Notes: generated by a model from the letters alone, not told the origin. Shown: positions 26,759 to 35,623, numbered from the stretch's first letter. The stretch is 42,846 bases of DNA from Candidatus Giovannonibacteria bacterium (GCA_030699445.1 JAUYMO010000020.1:1-42846); one strand, 5' to 3'. Numbers and translations are program-made.

Positions 26759-27140
26759 GAAGTGGCAGAGATTGGCGACCAAAAGAAACCTCAAAGAAAC
26801 CAGAGGCGTGTCTTTGGCTTTCGGCTCATTCGGCCTCAAAGCTGAAGAAGCCCTTTGGGTAAAATCAAAACAATTAGAAGCCGCCAGAAAAGCCATGACC
26901 AATTATATCCAAAGAGGCGGAAAAATTTGGATTCGCATTTTTCCGGACAAGCCGATTACCCAAAAACCGCCGGAGGTGACCATGGGCTCCGGAAAAGGCG
27001 ACGTGGCCGGATATGTTTTTCCGGTGCTTCCGGGAAGAATAATTTTTGAAATGGACGGCGTGACCAAAGAAGTCGCCAAAGAGGCTTTAAGGCGCGCCGG
27101 AGCAAAACTCCCGATTAGAACTAAATTTGTTTCAAGATAA
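26730..27140 (+). CDS. rplP: 50S ribosomal protein L16
   Basis: [26 protein letters not shown]. Confidence 0.99.
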   Translation: MLLPKRVKFRKWQRLATKRNLKETRGVSLAFGSFGLKAEEALWVKSKQLEAARKAMTNYIQRGGKIWIRIFPDKPITQKPPEVTMGSGKGDVAGYVFPVLPGRIIFEMDGVTKEVAKEALRRAGAKLPIRTKFVSR

Positions 27141-27144
27141 TTTT

Positions 27145-27339
27145 ATGGCAAAAATTAAAATAAAAGATTTAAAAAATAAAGGCGGGGCGGAGTTGGCGGA
27201 GCTTTTATCCGAAGAGCGTGAAAAATTGCTTACGCTTAAAATGCGCGCGGGAGAATCCAAGATAAAAAACGTGAAAGAAACCAAAGAAATCAGAAAAAAT
27301 ATCGCCCGCATGCTTACAATTCTAAAAATAAATAAATAA
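27145..27339 (+). CDS. rpmC: 50S ribosomal protein L29
   Basis: IRKNIARMLT; operon position. Confidence 0.95.
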   Translation: MAKIKIKDLKNKGGAELAELLSEEREKLLTLKMRAGESKIKNVKETKEIRKNIARMLTILKINK

Positions 27340-27340
27340 T

Positions 27341-27568
27341 ATGGCGCAAGAATTAAAAGGGAAAATAGTTTCAAATAAAATGGCCAAAACCGCGGTCGTG
27401 GAAGTTTCGCGCCTGAAAAAGCACCGCCTCTACGGCAAATTTATGAAAATTTCCAAAAAATACAAGGCGCACACGGAAGAGCAAATTCCGGAAGGAACCA
27501 CGGTTATCATAAAATCCGCCAAGCCGATTTCCAAAGATAAAAAGTGGAAGATAATTAAAATTTTATGA
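27341..27568 (+). CDS. rpsQ: 30S ribosomal protein S17
   Basis: [23 protein letters not shown]. Confidence 0.97.
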   Translation: MAQELKGKIVSNKMAKTAVVEVSRLKKHRLYGKFMKISKKYKAHTEEQIPEGTTVIIKSAKPISKDKKWKIIKIL

Positions 27569-27930
27569 TTCAACACCGCACCATGCTCAATGTGGCAGAC
27601 AATTCCGGGGCGAAACTCGTCCAGTGTATTAAGGTTTTGGGAGGAACCCGCCGCAGATACGCAGGCATCGGGGATATTGTTGTTGTCACGGTAAAAATCG
27701 CTGAACCCAGAAAACAGGTTAAAAGAAAAGAGGTGCATAAGGCCTTGGTTGTCAGGCAAAAAAACGCGCTAAGGCGCCCGGACGGGTCTTATATCCGATT
27801 TGACGACAACGCTGTGGTTATTTTGGACGGCAAGGAGCCGAAAGGCGGAAGGATTTTCGGGCCGATTCCCAGAGAAATCAAAGAAAAAGGTTTTAATAAA
27901 ATAGTTTCGCTCGCGGAAGAAATTGTATAA
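27565..27930 (+). CDS. rplN: 50S ribosomal protein L14
   Basis: [24 protein letters not shown]. Confidence 0.99.
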   Translation: MIQHRTMLNVADNSGAKLVQCIKVLGGTRRRYAGIGDIVVVTVKIAEPRKQVKRKEVHKALVVRQKNALRRPDGSYIRFDDNAVVILDGKEPKGGRIFGPIPREIKEKGFNKIVSLAEEIV

Positions 27931-27934
27931 ATAT

Positions 27935-28240
27935 ATGAAAATAAAAAAAGGCGATAATATAATAATAATTTCCGGAAAAGACCGCGGCAAGCAGGGCAAG
28001 GTTCTTAAAGTTTTTCCAAAAAGCGAAAAAATATTGGTGGAAGGCGTGTCCCTTAGAAAAAAACATCAGCGCCCGAGAAAGCAGGGCCAAAAAGGCGAAG
28101 TGGTTACTTTGCCGACGCTGTTTCATGCTTCCAACGCAATGCTTTTTTGCAAAAACTGCGGAAAAGGTTCGCGCGTTGGGTATAAATTTTCCGGAGATAT
28201 TAAAACCAGAATTTGTAAAAAATGTAAAAACGAAATTTAA
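27935..28240 (+). CDS. rplX: 50S ribosomal protein L24
   Basis: MKIKKGD..IIISGKDRGKQGKV. Confidence 0.98.
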   Translation: MKIKKGDNIIIISGKDRGKQGKVLKVFPKSEKILVEGVSLRKKHQRPRKQGQKGEVVTLPTLFHASNAMLFCKNCGKGSRVGYKFSGDIKTRICKKCKNEI

Positions 28241-28245
28241 ATTTT

Positions 28246-28785
28246 ATGCAATCAATTAAAGAAAAATATAAGGAAGCAGTGCCAAAAATAATGAAAGAAT
28301 TCGGATTTAAATCGCCGATGGCTGTTCCGCGTGTCTTGAAAGTCGTGGTGAACGTCGGCACGGGCAGGATGCGCGATAAAAAAGAAGCCGTGGAAACCGT
28401 GGAAAAACATCTAGCGCTGATTACCGGCCAAAAGGTTTCTCCTCGCCCGGCGCGGGTCGCCATTGCTTCCTATAAAACCAGGGAAGGCATGATTATCGGA
28501 TACAAGGTAACTTTACGCGGAGAGAGAATGTATGATTTTCTGGACCGCTTGGTTAACTTTGCTATTCCAAGAACCAGGGATTTCCGCGGGATTCCGTTAA
28601 AATCGCTGGACCAGGGAGGCAATTTGACAGTGGGCATAAAAGAGCATATTATATTTCCTGAAATGATCGGCGAAGACGTAAGGAATATTTTCGGGCTGGA
28701 GGCGACAATTGTGACCAGCGCGAAAAAAAGAGAAGAGGCTTTGGCGCTTTTTAAATTATTGGGTGTGCCTTTTGAGAAAAAATAA
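28246..28785 (+). CDS. rplE: 50S ribosomal protein L5
   Basis: [24 protein letters not shown]. Confidence 0.99.
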   Translation: MQSIKEKYKEAVPKIMKEFGFKSPMAVPRVLKVVVNVGTGRMRDKKEAVETVEKHLALITGQKVSPRPARVAIASYKTREGMIIGYKVTLRGERMYDFLDRLVNFAIPRTRDFRGIPLKSLDQGGNLTVGIKEHIIFPEMIGEDVRNIFGLEATIVTSAKKREEALALFKLLGVPFEKK

Positions 28786-28786
28786 A

Positions 28787-28972
28787 ATGGCCAAAACTTC
28801 AACATACGTAAGGTCGCTAAAACCGCCGAAATTCAAAAGCCGGGTGGTCAGGCGCTGTTTCAGATGCTGGAGAAAGCGCGGATATATGCGCGATTTTGAC
28901 CTTTGCCGGATTTGTTTCAGAGAATTGGCCAACGACGGATTAATTCCAGGCATTAAAAAAAGCAGCTGGTAA
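28787..28972 (+). CDS. rpsN: 30S ribosomal protein S14 (Zn-ribbon type)
   Basis: RCFRC...[20 protein letters not shown]. Confidence 0.98.
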   Translation: MAKTSTYVRSLKPPKFKSRVVRRCFRCWRKRGYMRDFDLCRICFRELANDGLIPGIKKSSW

Positions 28973-28979
28973 AAAAAAT

Positions 28980-29372
28980 ATGACCGACCCAATCGCGGAT
29001 ATGTTAGTGAGAATAAAAAACGCCCAAGCGGCAAAAAAAGAAGCCGCGTCTTTTGAGCACTCAAATATTAAAATGGAAATCGCCAAGGTTTTAGAGCGCG
29101 CGGGATACTTGGGAAGCATAGAGCGGAAAGGCAGAAAAGGCGGCAAACAAATAGAAGTCAAGCTTTTATACGACGAATCGGGAGACCCGAAAATTTCGGG
29201 CGGCAAAAGAGTATCCAAGCCTTCGCAGAGAATCTACCGCGGGTACCGCGAAATTTACGCTTTAAAAAATGGATTCGGAATCGCGATCTACTCAACGCCC
29301 AAAGGAATTATGACGGACCGCGAGGCAAGAAAATATAAATTAGGAGGGGAAGTTTTAATGGAATTATGGTAA
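28980..29372 (+). CDS. rpsH: 30S ribosomal protein S8
   Basis: MTDPIADML.RIKNA, STPKGIMT, GGEV. Confidence 0.99.
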   Translation: MTDPIADMLVRIKNAQAAKKEAASFEHSNIKMEIAKVLERAGYLGSIERKGRKGGKQIEVKLLYDESGDPKISGGKRVSKPSQRIYRGYREIYALKNGFGIAIYSTPKGIMTDREARKYKLGGEVLMELW

Positions 29373-29493
29373 CCCCGTTAGAAATCGCGGACACATAAAC
29401 AAAAATATGATATATAATAAAAAGTCGCAATTTATAAGCAATAATCTAGCACGCAACGCATTTTTTGCGTCTGCGTACTATTTCTAACGGGGT
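29372..29493. mobile_element. 122-bp MITE-like element with 14-bp perfect TIRs
   Basis: accccgttagaaat (29372-29385) ... atttctaacggggt (29480-29493). Confidence 0.8.
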
Positions 29494-30037
29494 GAGCCGA
29501 CTAGCAAAAAAACCAATAACTCCGCCGGCGGGGGTGACAATAAAAAAAGAAGGAAGCTTCTGGATTTTTAAGGGGCCAAAAGGGGAGCTTAAAAAATCTT
29601 TTTCTGATTACGTTAATATTGAAGAGCGTGACGGCGCTTTTCTGATTTCTCTGAAAAACGATTCAATCAAAGACGCTTACGCCATGCTTGGCACGACCGC
29701 AGCGCTTTTTAAAAATTGCGTTGAAGGCGCGCAAAACGGATTTGAAAAGAAATTGGAAATTGAAGGAGTGGGCTACCGCGCGCAAATTGACGGCAATGAC
29801 CTGGTTTTATCCATAGGATTTTCGCATCCCGTAAAAATTCCGGCTCCGGAAGGCATAACTTTTAAAGTTGAAAAAAATGTTATTACCATAAATGGCGTAG
29901 ATAAAGAGCAAACCGGTCAGGTAGCCGCTAAAATCCGCGCGGAGAAAAAACCGGAGCCCTACAAAGGCAAAGGCATACATTATCAAGGCGAGGTTATAAG
30001 GAGAAAGGCCGGCAAGAAAGCAGTTTCAACAGCATAA
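29492..30037 (+). CDS. rplF: 50S ribosomal protein L6 (GTG start)
   Basis: (M)SRLAKKP, KGPKGEL, GVGYRA, PEPYKGKGI. Confidence 0.97.
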   Translation: MSRLAKKPITPPAGVTIKKEGSFWIFKGPKGELKKSFSDYVNIEERDGAFLISLKNDSIKDAYAMLGTTAALFKNCVEGAQNGFEKKLEIEGVGYRAQIDGNDLVLSIGFSHPVKIPAPEGITFKVEKNVITINGVDKEQTGQVAAKIRAEKKPEPYKGKGIHYQGEVIRRKAGKKAVSTA

Positions 30038-30041
30038 TTTT

Positions 30042-30386
30042 ATGGCTCAAAGAAGAAAAATTAGGCATAAACGGGTAAGGGCAAAAATTTCCGGGACTAT
30101 ACAGAAGCCGCGCCTTTCGGTTTACCGCTCAAACAAGCATTTATTTTTACAATTGATTGACGACGAAAAAAATAAAACCTTGCTTTCCATTTCCGACCGT
30201 GAGCTTAAATTAAAGAAAAAAGGCGTTAAAAAATCTGATTTGGCTTACGAAGCGGGAAAACTTTTAGCAAAAAAAGCCAAAGAAAAAAATATAAAAAAAA
30301 TTGTTTTTGACAGAGGCGGTTACCAATACCACGGCAGAGTGCGGAAAGTAGCCGAAGGCGCGAGAGAGGGCGGATTAGAATTTTAA
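30042..30386 (+). CDS. rplR: 50S ribosomal protein L18
   Basis: PRLSVYRSNKH, FDRGGYQYHGRV. Confidence 0.99.
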   Translation: MAQRRKIRHKRVRAKISGTIQKPRLSVYRSNKHLFLQLIDDEKNKTLLSISDRELKLKKKGVKKSDLAYEAGKLLAKKAKEKNIKKIVFDRGGYQYHGRVRKVAEGAREGGLEF

Positions 30387-30396
30387 AAAAATATTT

Positions 30397-30858
30397 ATGG
30401 CAAGACCTCAAAAACCAAAAAGTGAATACGAACAGAAATTAATTGACCTCCGGCGCGTGGCGCGGGTGATGGCCGGAGGCAGGCGCTTTACTTTCCGGGC
30501 GGCGATGGTAATCGGCGACCAAAGAGGGCGTGTGGGCTTTGGCTTGGGGAAAGCCGCCGATACTTCGCAGGCAATTGAAAAAGCAGTGCGCCGGGCGAGG
30601 CAAAATATGATTTCGGTGCCTTTGACCAAAGACCAGTCCATCCCGCACGAGATTTACGCGAAATTCGGCAGCGCCAGGGTTATTTTAAAACCCGCCAAGG
30701 CGGGCAAGGGCTTGGTGGCCGGGGGTTCGGCTCGCACTGTGCTCGCCATGGCTGGAGTGAAAAATGTCAGCGCCAAAATTTTATCGCACACAAAAAACAA
30801 ACTGACCAACGCTTTGGCGACTCTGGAGGCGCTGAAAAAATTAAAAAGCCCAAAATAA
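30397..30858 (+). CDS. rpsE: 30S ribosomal protein S5
   Basis: RVARVMAGGRRFTF, VGFGLGKA. Confidence 0.99.
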   Translation: MARPQKPKSEYEQKLIDLRRVARVMAGGRRFTFRAAMVIGDQRGRVGFGLGKAADTSQAIEKAVRRARQNMISVPLTKDQSIPHEIYAKFGSARVILKPAKAGKGLVAGGSARTVLAMAGVKNVSAKILSHTKNKLTNALATLEALKKLKSPK

Positions 30859-30924
30859 ATCTCAGAAAATTTGAAAAAGAAAAAGCGCCGTACCCATAGG
30901 TCGTGCGCCTGTTGTTGTCGCCTA

Positions 30925-31200
30925 TCAAAAGATACTAAATTCTAGCCTTTTTTTCGCCCTTTTTCGTCCTTCCTTGCGAAGATCGGCTTGTACGCCGAGA
31001 TCCCCATCATCGGATTGCCAGTGAATTTCCTGTAGTCGCTTTTTCCATGCCGCGATGATTTTATAATGCCCCTTCTGAAGCTTGGTTGCTTTAATGAGCT
31101 TTGCCAATAACTTCATTTCCGAATCGGAAGCCTCGCTGATCACATAGCTGATCGACTTATAGAAAGGATACTTCTTTCCAGTATAGTAGGCCTTTTTCAT
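30925..31200 (-). CDS. Hypothetical protein (antisense ORFan at the rpmD position)
   Basis: Own TTGACA-17-TAGCTT promoter, AAGGAG SD and a terminator-like hairpin near 30880-30910. Confidence 0.65.
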   Translation of the reverse strand: MKKAYYTGKKYPFYKSISYVISEASDSEMKLLAKLIKATKLQKGHYKIIAAWKKRLQEIHWQSDDGDLGVQADLRKEGRKRAKKRLEFSIF

Positions 31201-31348
31201 ATGCCCCTTCTCCTTTCAAGGAATTTGAATTTTGTTGGGCACGCCAATAATTTGAACTTAATTTACATCTTATTTAAAGCTAGCATATCTATTTATATAT
31301 GTCAAGCGCTTGCATACTGGCGTTTTTTAAGCTAGCATAATTGTCATT

Positions 31349-31777
31349 ATGCAGGTTCATAATTTAACAAAATCAACCAATAAAAAACAGAAGAGAATCG
31401 GGCGCGGTGGGAAGCGCGGGTCATTTTCGGGCAGGGGAATTAAGGGACAAAAAGCCCGTGCCGGCAGGCGTGTTCGTCCGCAAATCCGTGATATCATAAA
31501 GAAGCTCCACAAGCGCCGCGGCTACGGCAGAAGCCGGGCACAGTCGGTGAACGCTAATAAAGCCAAAATAGCGGTGGTAAATTTGGGCGCGCTGGACAAA
31601 GCATTTAAGGATGGCGACAAAATTACTCCCAAAGAATTAGTAGCGGCGCGGTTGGTAAAAATGCAGGGAAACAAAATGCCAAAGATTAAAATTTTGGGCG
31701 ACGGCAAACTTACAAAAAAATTGGTTTTTGATAAAAATCTTTTAATGTCCAAATCAGCCAAAGAAAAAATCGGCTAA
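31349..31777 (+). CDS. rplO: 50S ribosomal protein L15
   Basis: RIGRGGKRGSFSGRGIKGQKARAG, KILGDG. Confidence 0.98.
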   Translation: MQVHNLTKSTNKKQKRIGRGGKRGSFSGRGIKGQKARAGRRVRPQIRDIIKKLHKRRGYGRSRAQSVNANKAKIAVVNLGALDKAFKDGDKITPKELVAARLVKMQGNKMPKIKILGDGKLTKKLVFDKNLLMSKSAKEKIG

Positions 31778-31778
31778 C

Positions 31779-33044
31779 ATGTGGGAAAAATTTAAACTTA
31801 TTTTAAGAGATACAGACCTCCGGAGAAAATTTCTTTATCTTTTGGGTTTTTTGGCGGTGTTCCGCCTAATTTCTTCCATTCCGATTCCGGGGATTGACGC
31901 GCTGCGGCTCCGCCAATTTTTTGAGGCAAACCAATTTTTCGGCTTGCTCAATCTTTTTTCGGGAGGCGCTTTGGGAAATCTTTCCATTATGATGCTGGGA
32001 GTCGGGCCGTATATTACCGGCTCAATTATCATGCAGCTTTTAACTATGATTTTTCCCTCTTTAAAAGAATTGGCGCAGGAAGAGGGCGAAGCCGGCAGGC
32101 AAAGATTCAACCAGTATTCGCGCATGCTCACCGTGCCTTTAGCGTTTGTACAGGGATTCGGGCTCTTAACCATTTTGGAACGGCAGGGGATTTTGCAGTT
32201 CCTGACTTTTTACGAAAAGTTCGCCAATGTGATAATTGTCGCGGCCGGCTCTATTTTGCTTATGTGGATAGGCGAGCTGATTTCCGAATACGCTTTGGGC
32301 AACGGCGTATCTCTGCTTATTTTCGCGGGTATTGTGGCAAGTTTTCCCTCCGACCTCCGGCAAACCTTTTTGGCGTATGACGCGTCGCAGCTGCCGACGC
32401 TTATTGCTTTTACGGTAATCGCGGTCATAACCGTGGCGGCGGTTGTCTATATATCGGAAGGAGACCGGCCGGTTCCGGTTTATTATGCTAAAAGAATCCG
32501 CGGCATGCGCATGTATGGCGGCACAACCACTTATCTTCCCTTGAAAGTAAACCAAGCAGGAGTCATTCCGATAATTTTCGCGCTTTCCATTTTGCTTCTG
32601 CCGCAGATGGTCGCCAGTTTTTTTGCCGGTTCAGCCAATGCTGTTTTAAAAATTGTTTCGTCATTCATAATTAATTTTTTCGCGAGCCCCTGGGTTTACG
32701 CCGCCGCTTATTTTCTTTTGGTTTTCCTTTTCACTTATTTTTACACCGCCGTCACATTTGACCCGCAGTCGGTTTCCAAAAATCTCCAGCAAAGCGGGGC
32801 TTTTTTGCCGGGAATCCGCCCGGGAAATTCCACGGCGGAATTTTTAAGCAAAATCGTCACGCGCATAACTTTTGTCGGGGCTTTGTTTTTGGGCGCGGTG
32901 GCGGTTTTGCCGCTTATTTTGCGCGCTCTGACCGGCATCTCAACCCTTGCCATCGGCGGGACGGCTTTGCTGATTGTGGTCTCGGTGGTTTTAGAAACCG
33001 CCAAGCAGGTTGAAGGCCAGCTCTCATTGCGAAGTTATGATTAA
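31779..33044 (+). CDS. secY: Preprotein translocase subunit SecY
   Basis: LGVGPYITGSII.QL, GNGVSLLIF, GVIPIIFA, PGIRPG, GGT.LLI.V. Confidence 0.99.
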   Translation: MWEKFKLILRDTDLRRKFLYLLGFLAVFRLISSIPIPGIDALRLRQFFEANQFFGLLNLFSGGALGNLSIMMLGVGPYITGSIIMQLLTMIFPSLKELAQEEGEAGRQRFNQYSRMLTVPLAFVQGFGLLTILERQGILQFLTFYEKFANVIIVAAGSILLMWIGELISEYALGNGVSLLIFAGIVASFPSDLRQTFLAYDASQLPTLIAFTVIAVITVAAVVYISEGDRPVPVYYAKRIRGMRMYGGTTTYLPLKVNQAGVIPIIFALSILLLPQMVASFFAGSANAVLKIVSSFIINFFASPWVYAAAYFLLVFLFTYFYTAVTFDPQSVSKNLQQSGAFLPGIRPGNSTAEFLSKIVTRITFVGALFLGAVAVLPLILRALTGISTLAIGGTALLIVVSVVLETAKQVEGQLSLRSYD

Positions 33045-33052
33045 AAATAGTT

Positions 33053-33655
33053 ATGAAAAATCAGCCTTATAATTTTACTTTTATCGGACGGTCCGGTTGC
33101 GGCAAAGGCACGCAGGCGGATCTTCTCAAAAAATTATTGGAAGAAAAAAGCGGAACTGACAGTGCACTCTATGTTTATACCGGCGCGCGCTTGAGGGAAC
33201 TTGCCGGTCACTCGGAGTTTTTTACGGCAAGATTGTTAGATGAAAAAAGTTTAAAATCCGGCAAGCTAACACCGAACTCTTTAGCTATTTGGGCCTACGC
33301 AACCGAATTTATTCATGGAGTCACCGAAAGCAACCATATTATTATAGACGGCTCACCGCGCCAGGCGCTGGAAGCGGAAGCGTTGGATGAAATGTTTGAT
33401 TTTTATGGCAGAGAAAATGTTTTTCATATTTGGCTGAATGTAAGCGAGGAATGGGCAACCGCGCGTATGAAAGAAAGGGGGCGGTCAGATGACAGCCCGG
33501 AGAGCATTAAGCACCGTTTTGCCTATTACGAAAGAGAGGTTGTGCCGACAATTGAATTTTATAAAAAAGATAAAAAACACAAATTTATAGAAATCAATGG
33601 CGAGCAGACGATGGAAAAAGTTCACGAGGATATCGTGAAAGCGATTGAGTTATGA
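33053..33655 (+). CDS. adk: Adenylate kinase (short-LID type)
   Basis: GRSGCGKGTQA, IDGSPR, RGRSDD; follows secY. Confidence 0.9.
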   Translation: MKNQPYNFTFIGRSGCGKGTQADLLKKLLEEKSGTDSALYVYTGARLRELAGHSEFFTARLLDEKSLKSGKLTPNSLAIWAYATEFIHGVTESNHIIIDGSPRQALEAEALDEMFDFYGRENVFHIWLNVSEEWATARMKERGRSDDSPESIKHRFAYYEREVVPTIEFYKKDKKHKFIEINGEQTMEKVHEDIVKAIEL

Positions 33656-34425
33656 TTATTAAAAATAAAAAAGAGCTGGAAATTTTGCGGGAAGGCGGCA
33701 AGAGACTTGCCGCTGTTTTGGCTGAAGCCGCGTGCCACGCGATTGCCGGAATTTCCACAAAGGAACTTGACGCGCTCGCGGAAAATTTGATTTTAAAATC
33801 CGGAGGCGCGCCGTCTTTTAAAGGATATAAAGTGCGGGGCGTGCCGCGTCCCTACCCGGGTTCGCTTTGCGTTTCAATAAACGAAGAAGTGGTGCATGGG
33901 TTGCCGTCCGACCGCGAATTAAAAAACGGCGATATCGTCGGCTTGGATATCGGGATGTGGTTTGAAGGCCTATGCACTGATACGGCGATGACTGTTTTAA
34001 TTGGCGGAGGGAAAAACCTGCCTGCCGGCGAGGCAGGTAAATTAATTGACGCGACAAAAAAATCTTTGGAAATCGGCATCGCCGAAGTCCGTGCCGGAGC
34101 GCGTGTTGGCGATATTGGCTTTGCTATTCAAAAATATTTAGAAACAGAAGGATTCGGTGTGGTGCGCGAACTTGTTGGGCACGGCGTTGGGCGGGCAGTG
34201 CATGAAGACCCCGAAATTCCGAATTGGGGCCATCGCGGCGATGGTCCCGAGCTCCGCGAGGGAATGGCAATCGCTTTAGAACCAATGGCGACCGACGGCA
34301 GCCCGAAAGTAAAACTTTCCAAAGACGGCTGGACATGGCTTACGCGCGACTGCTCCCGCGCCGCGCATTTTGAGCATACTTTGGTGGTGAAAAAAAACGG
34401 GGCGGAAGTGTTGACAAGGATTTAA
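33652..34425 (+). CDS. map: Methionine aminopeptidase type I
   Basis: SINEEVVHG, GHGVG..HEDP, EPM, AHFEHT. Confidence 0.99.
   Translation: MIIKNKKELEILREGGKRLAAVLAEAACHAIAGISTKELDALAENLILKSGGAPSFKGYKVRGVPRPYPGSLCVSINEEVVHGLPSDRELKNGDIVGLDIGMWFEGLCTDTAMTVLIGGGKNLPAGEAGKLIDATKKSLEIGIAEVRAGARVGDIGFAIQKYLETEGFGVVRELVGHGVGRAVHEDPEIPNWGHRGDGPELREGMAIALEPMATDGSPKVKLSKDGWTWLTRDCSRAAHFEHTLVVKKNGAEVLTRI
34017..34037 (-). repeat. 21-bp palindromic element, in frame in map
   Basis: cctgcctgccggcgaggcagg (LPAGEAG). Confidence 0.9.
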
Positions 34426-34445
34426 ATTTAGAATAATATAAACTT

Positions 34446-34664
34446 ATGCGTAAAATAGATTTACAAAATGTGGTTTGGAAAGAGGGCAAGTATTATGTTG
34501 CCCAGTGTTTGAATGTTGACGTTTCTAGTTTCGGTAAAACCAAAAAGGACGCTTTGACCAACCTGCAAGAAGCCCTGGAACTTTATTTTGACGGAGCCAA
34601 AATATCGGATTTGCTGAAAGTGGAGCAACCGACTATCGTGAAGCGCCAACTTCAGTATGCCTAA
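34446..34664 (+). CDS. hicB: HicB-family antitoxin
   Basis: YYVAQCL..DVSSFGKTKKDALTNLQEALELY. Confidence 0.9.
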   Translation: MRKIDLQNVVWKEGKYYVAQCLNVDVSSFGKTKKDALTNLQEALELYFDGAKISDLLKVEQPTIVKRQLQYA

Positions 34665-34866
34665 ATTTTATTCTTCGGATTACATCATCAAAGTCCTTCG
34701 CAGGAAAGGCTTTGTTTTTGTTTCTCAAAAAGGAAGCCATATGAAATTTCAAAGAGCAAATCCGCCGTTGACCGTGATTATTCCGGCTGGCCGCAAAGAA
34801 ATTCCTATCGGCACTTTCCGCTCGATTTTACGGCAGTCACATCTTAAACAAGAAGATTTCGATTAA
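34657..34866 (+). CDS. hicA: HicA-family toxin
   Basis: GFVFVSQKGSHMKF, IPIGTFRSILRQS. Confidence 0.93.
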   Translation: MPKFYSSDYIIKVLRRKGFVFVSQKGSHMKFQRANPPLTVIIPAGRKEIPIGTFRSILRQSHLKQEDFD

Positions 34867-34885
34867 AATGTGCTAAAATAAATCT

Positions 34886-35623
34886 ATGCCAAAACCGGAT
34901 ATCTACTTATCTGTAATAATCCCCGCGTATAATGAAGCCGAGCGGTTGCCTAAAACTTTGAGAAGATTTCAGGAATATTTTGCAACGCAGGCGCATAGCT
35001 ATGAAATTTTAGTTGTAAGCGACGGCTCCAGAGATGGCACTGCGGAGGTCGCGGAAAAAATGGCGGGCGAAATTAAAAACCTGCGCGTGATTGGCCGCAA
35101 AAAAAATATGGGCAAGGGCTATTCTGTCCGCGAAGGGATGCTGGCGGCCTACGGCAGAATCCGCCTTTTTGCTGATGCCGACAACGCCACCGACATTTCC
35201 CATTTTGATAAAATGCGCCCGTTTTTTGACGGCGGATACGATGTTGTGATTTGTTCCAGAGATTCCAAAGATGCTCCGGGCGCCAAACAATCCGTGGCTC
35301 AAGTTTGGTGGAAACGCGCGCTGGGGAACATGGGCAATCTGTATATTCAATGGATGGCGGTTCCGGGAATTTGGGATACCCAATGCGGTTTTAAGGCGTT
35401 TCGCGATTACGCCGCCGAAAAAATTTTTTCCGCGGCAAAAATAAATCGCTGGGCTTTTGATGTGGAAACTCTGGCGCTGGCCAAGCGTTTCGGATATAAA
35501 ATTGGAATTATTCCCGCCAATTGGGTCAACGATCCGCGCTCTTCAGTAAACTTTACGGCGTATTTCCGCACCCTTTGGGAAGTTTTTAAAATCATGAGGT
35601 CTTTAAATAAATTAAAATTTTAA
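34886..35623 (+). CDS. GT2 glycosyltransferase (polyprenyl-phosphate glucosyltransferase-like)
   Basis: SVIIPAYNE, DGSRD, GKG, DAD, DTQCGFK. Confidence 0.93.
   Translation: MPKPDIYLSVIIPAYNEAERLPKTLRRFQEYFATQAHSYEILVVSDGSRDGTAEVAEKMAGEIKNLRVIGRKKNMGKGYSVREGMLAAYGRIRLFADADNATDISHFDKMRPFFDGGYDVVICSRDSKDAPGAKQSVAQVWWKRALGNMGNLYIQWMAVPGIWDTQCGFKAFRDYAAEKIFSAAKINRWAFDVETLALAKRFGYKIGIIPANWVNDPRSSVNFTAYFRTLWEVFKIMRSLNKLKF

Noticed and set aside
29465-29491. N-terminal extension MRLRTISNG on L6 from the ORF track
   Set aside because: It is a translation of the MITE end; GTG at 29492 gives the canonical L6 start.
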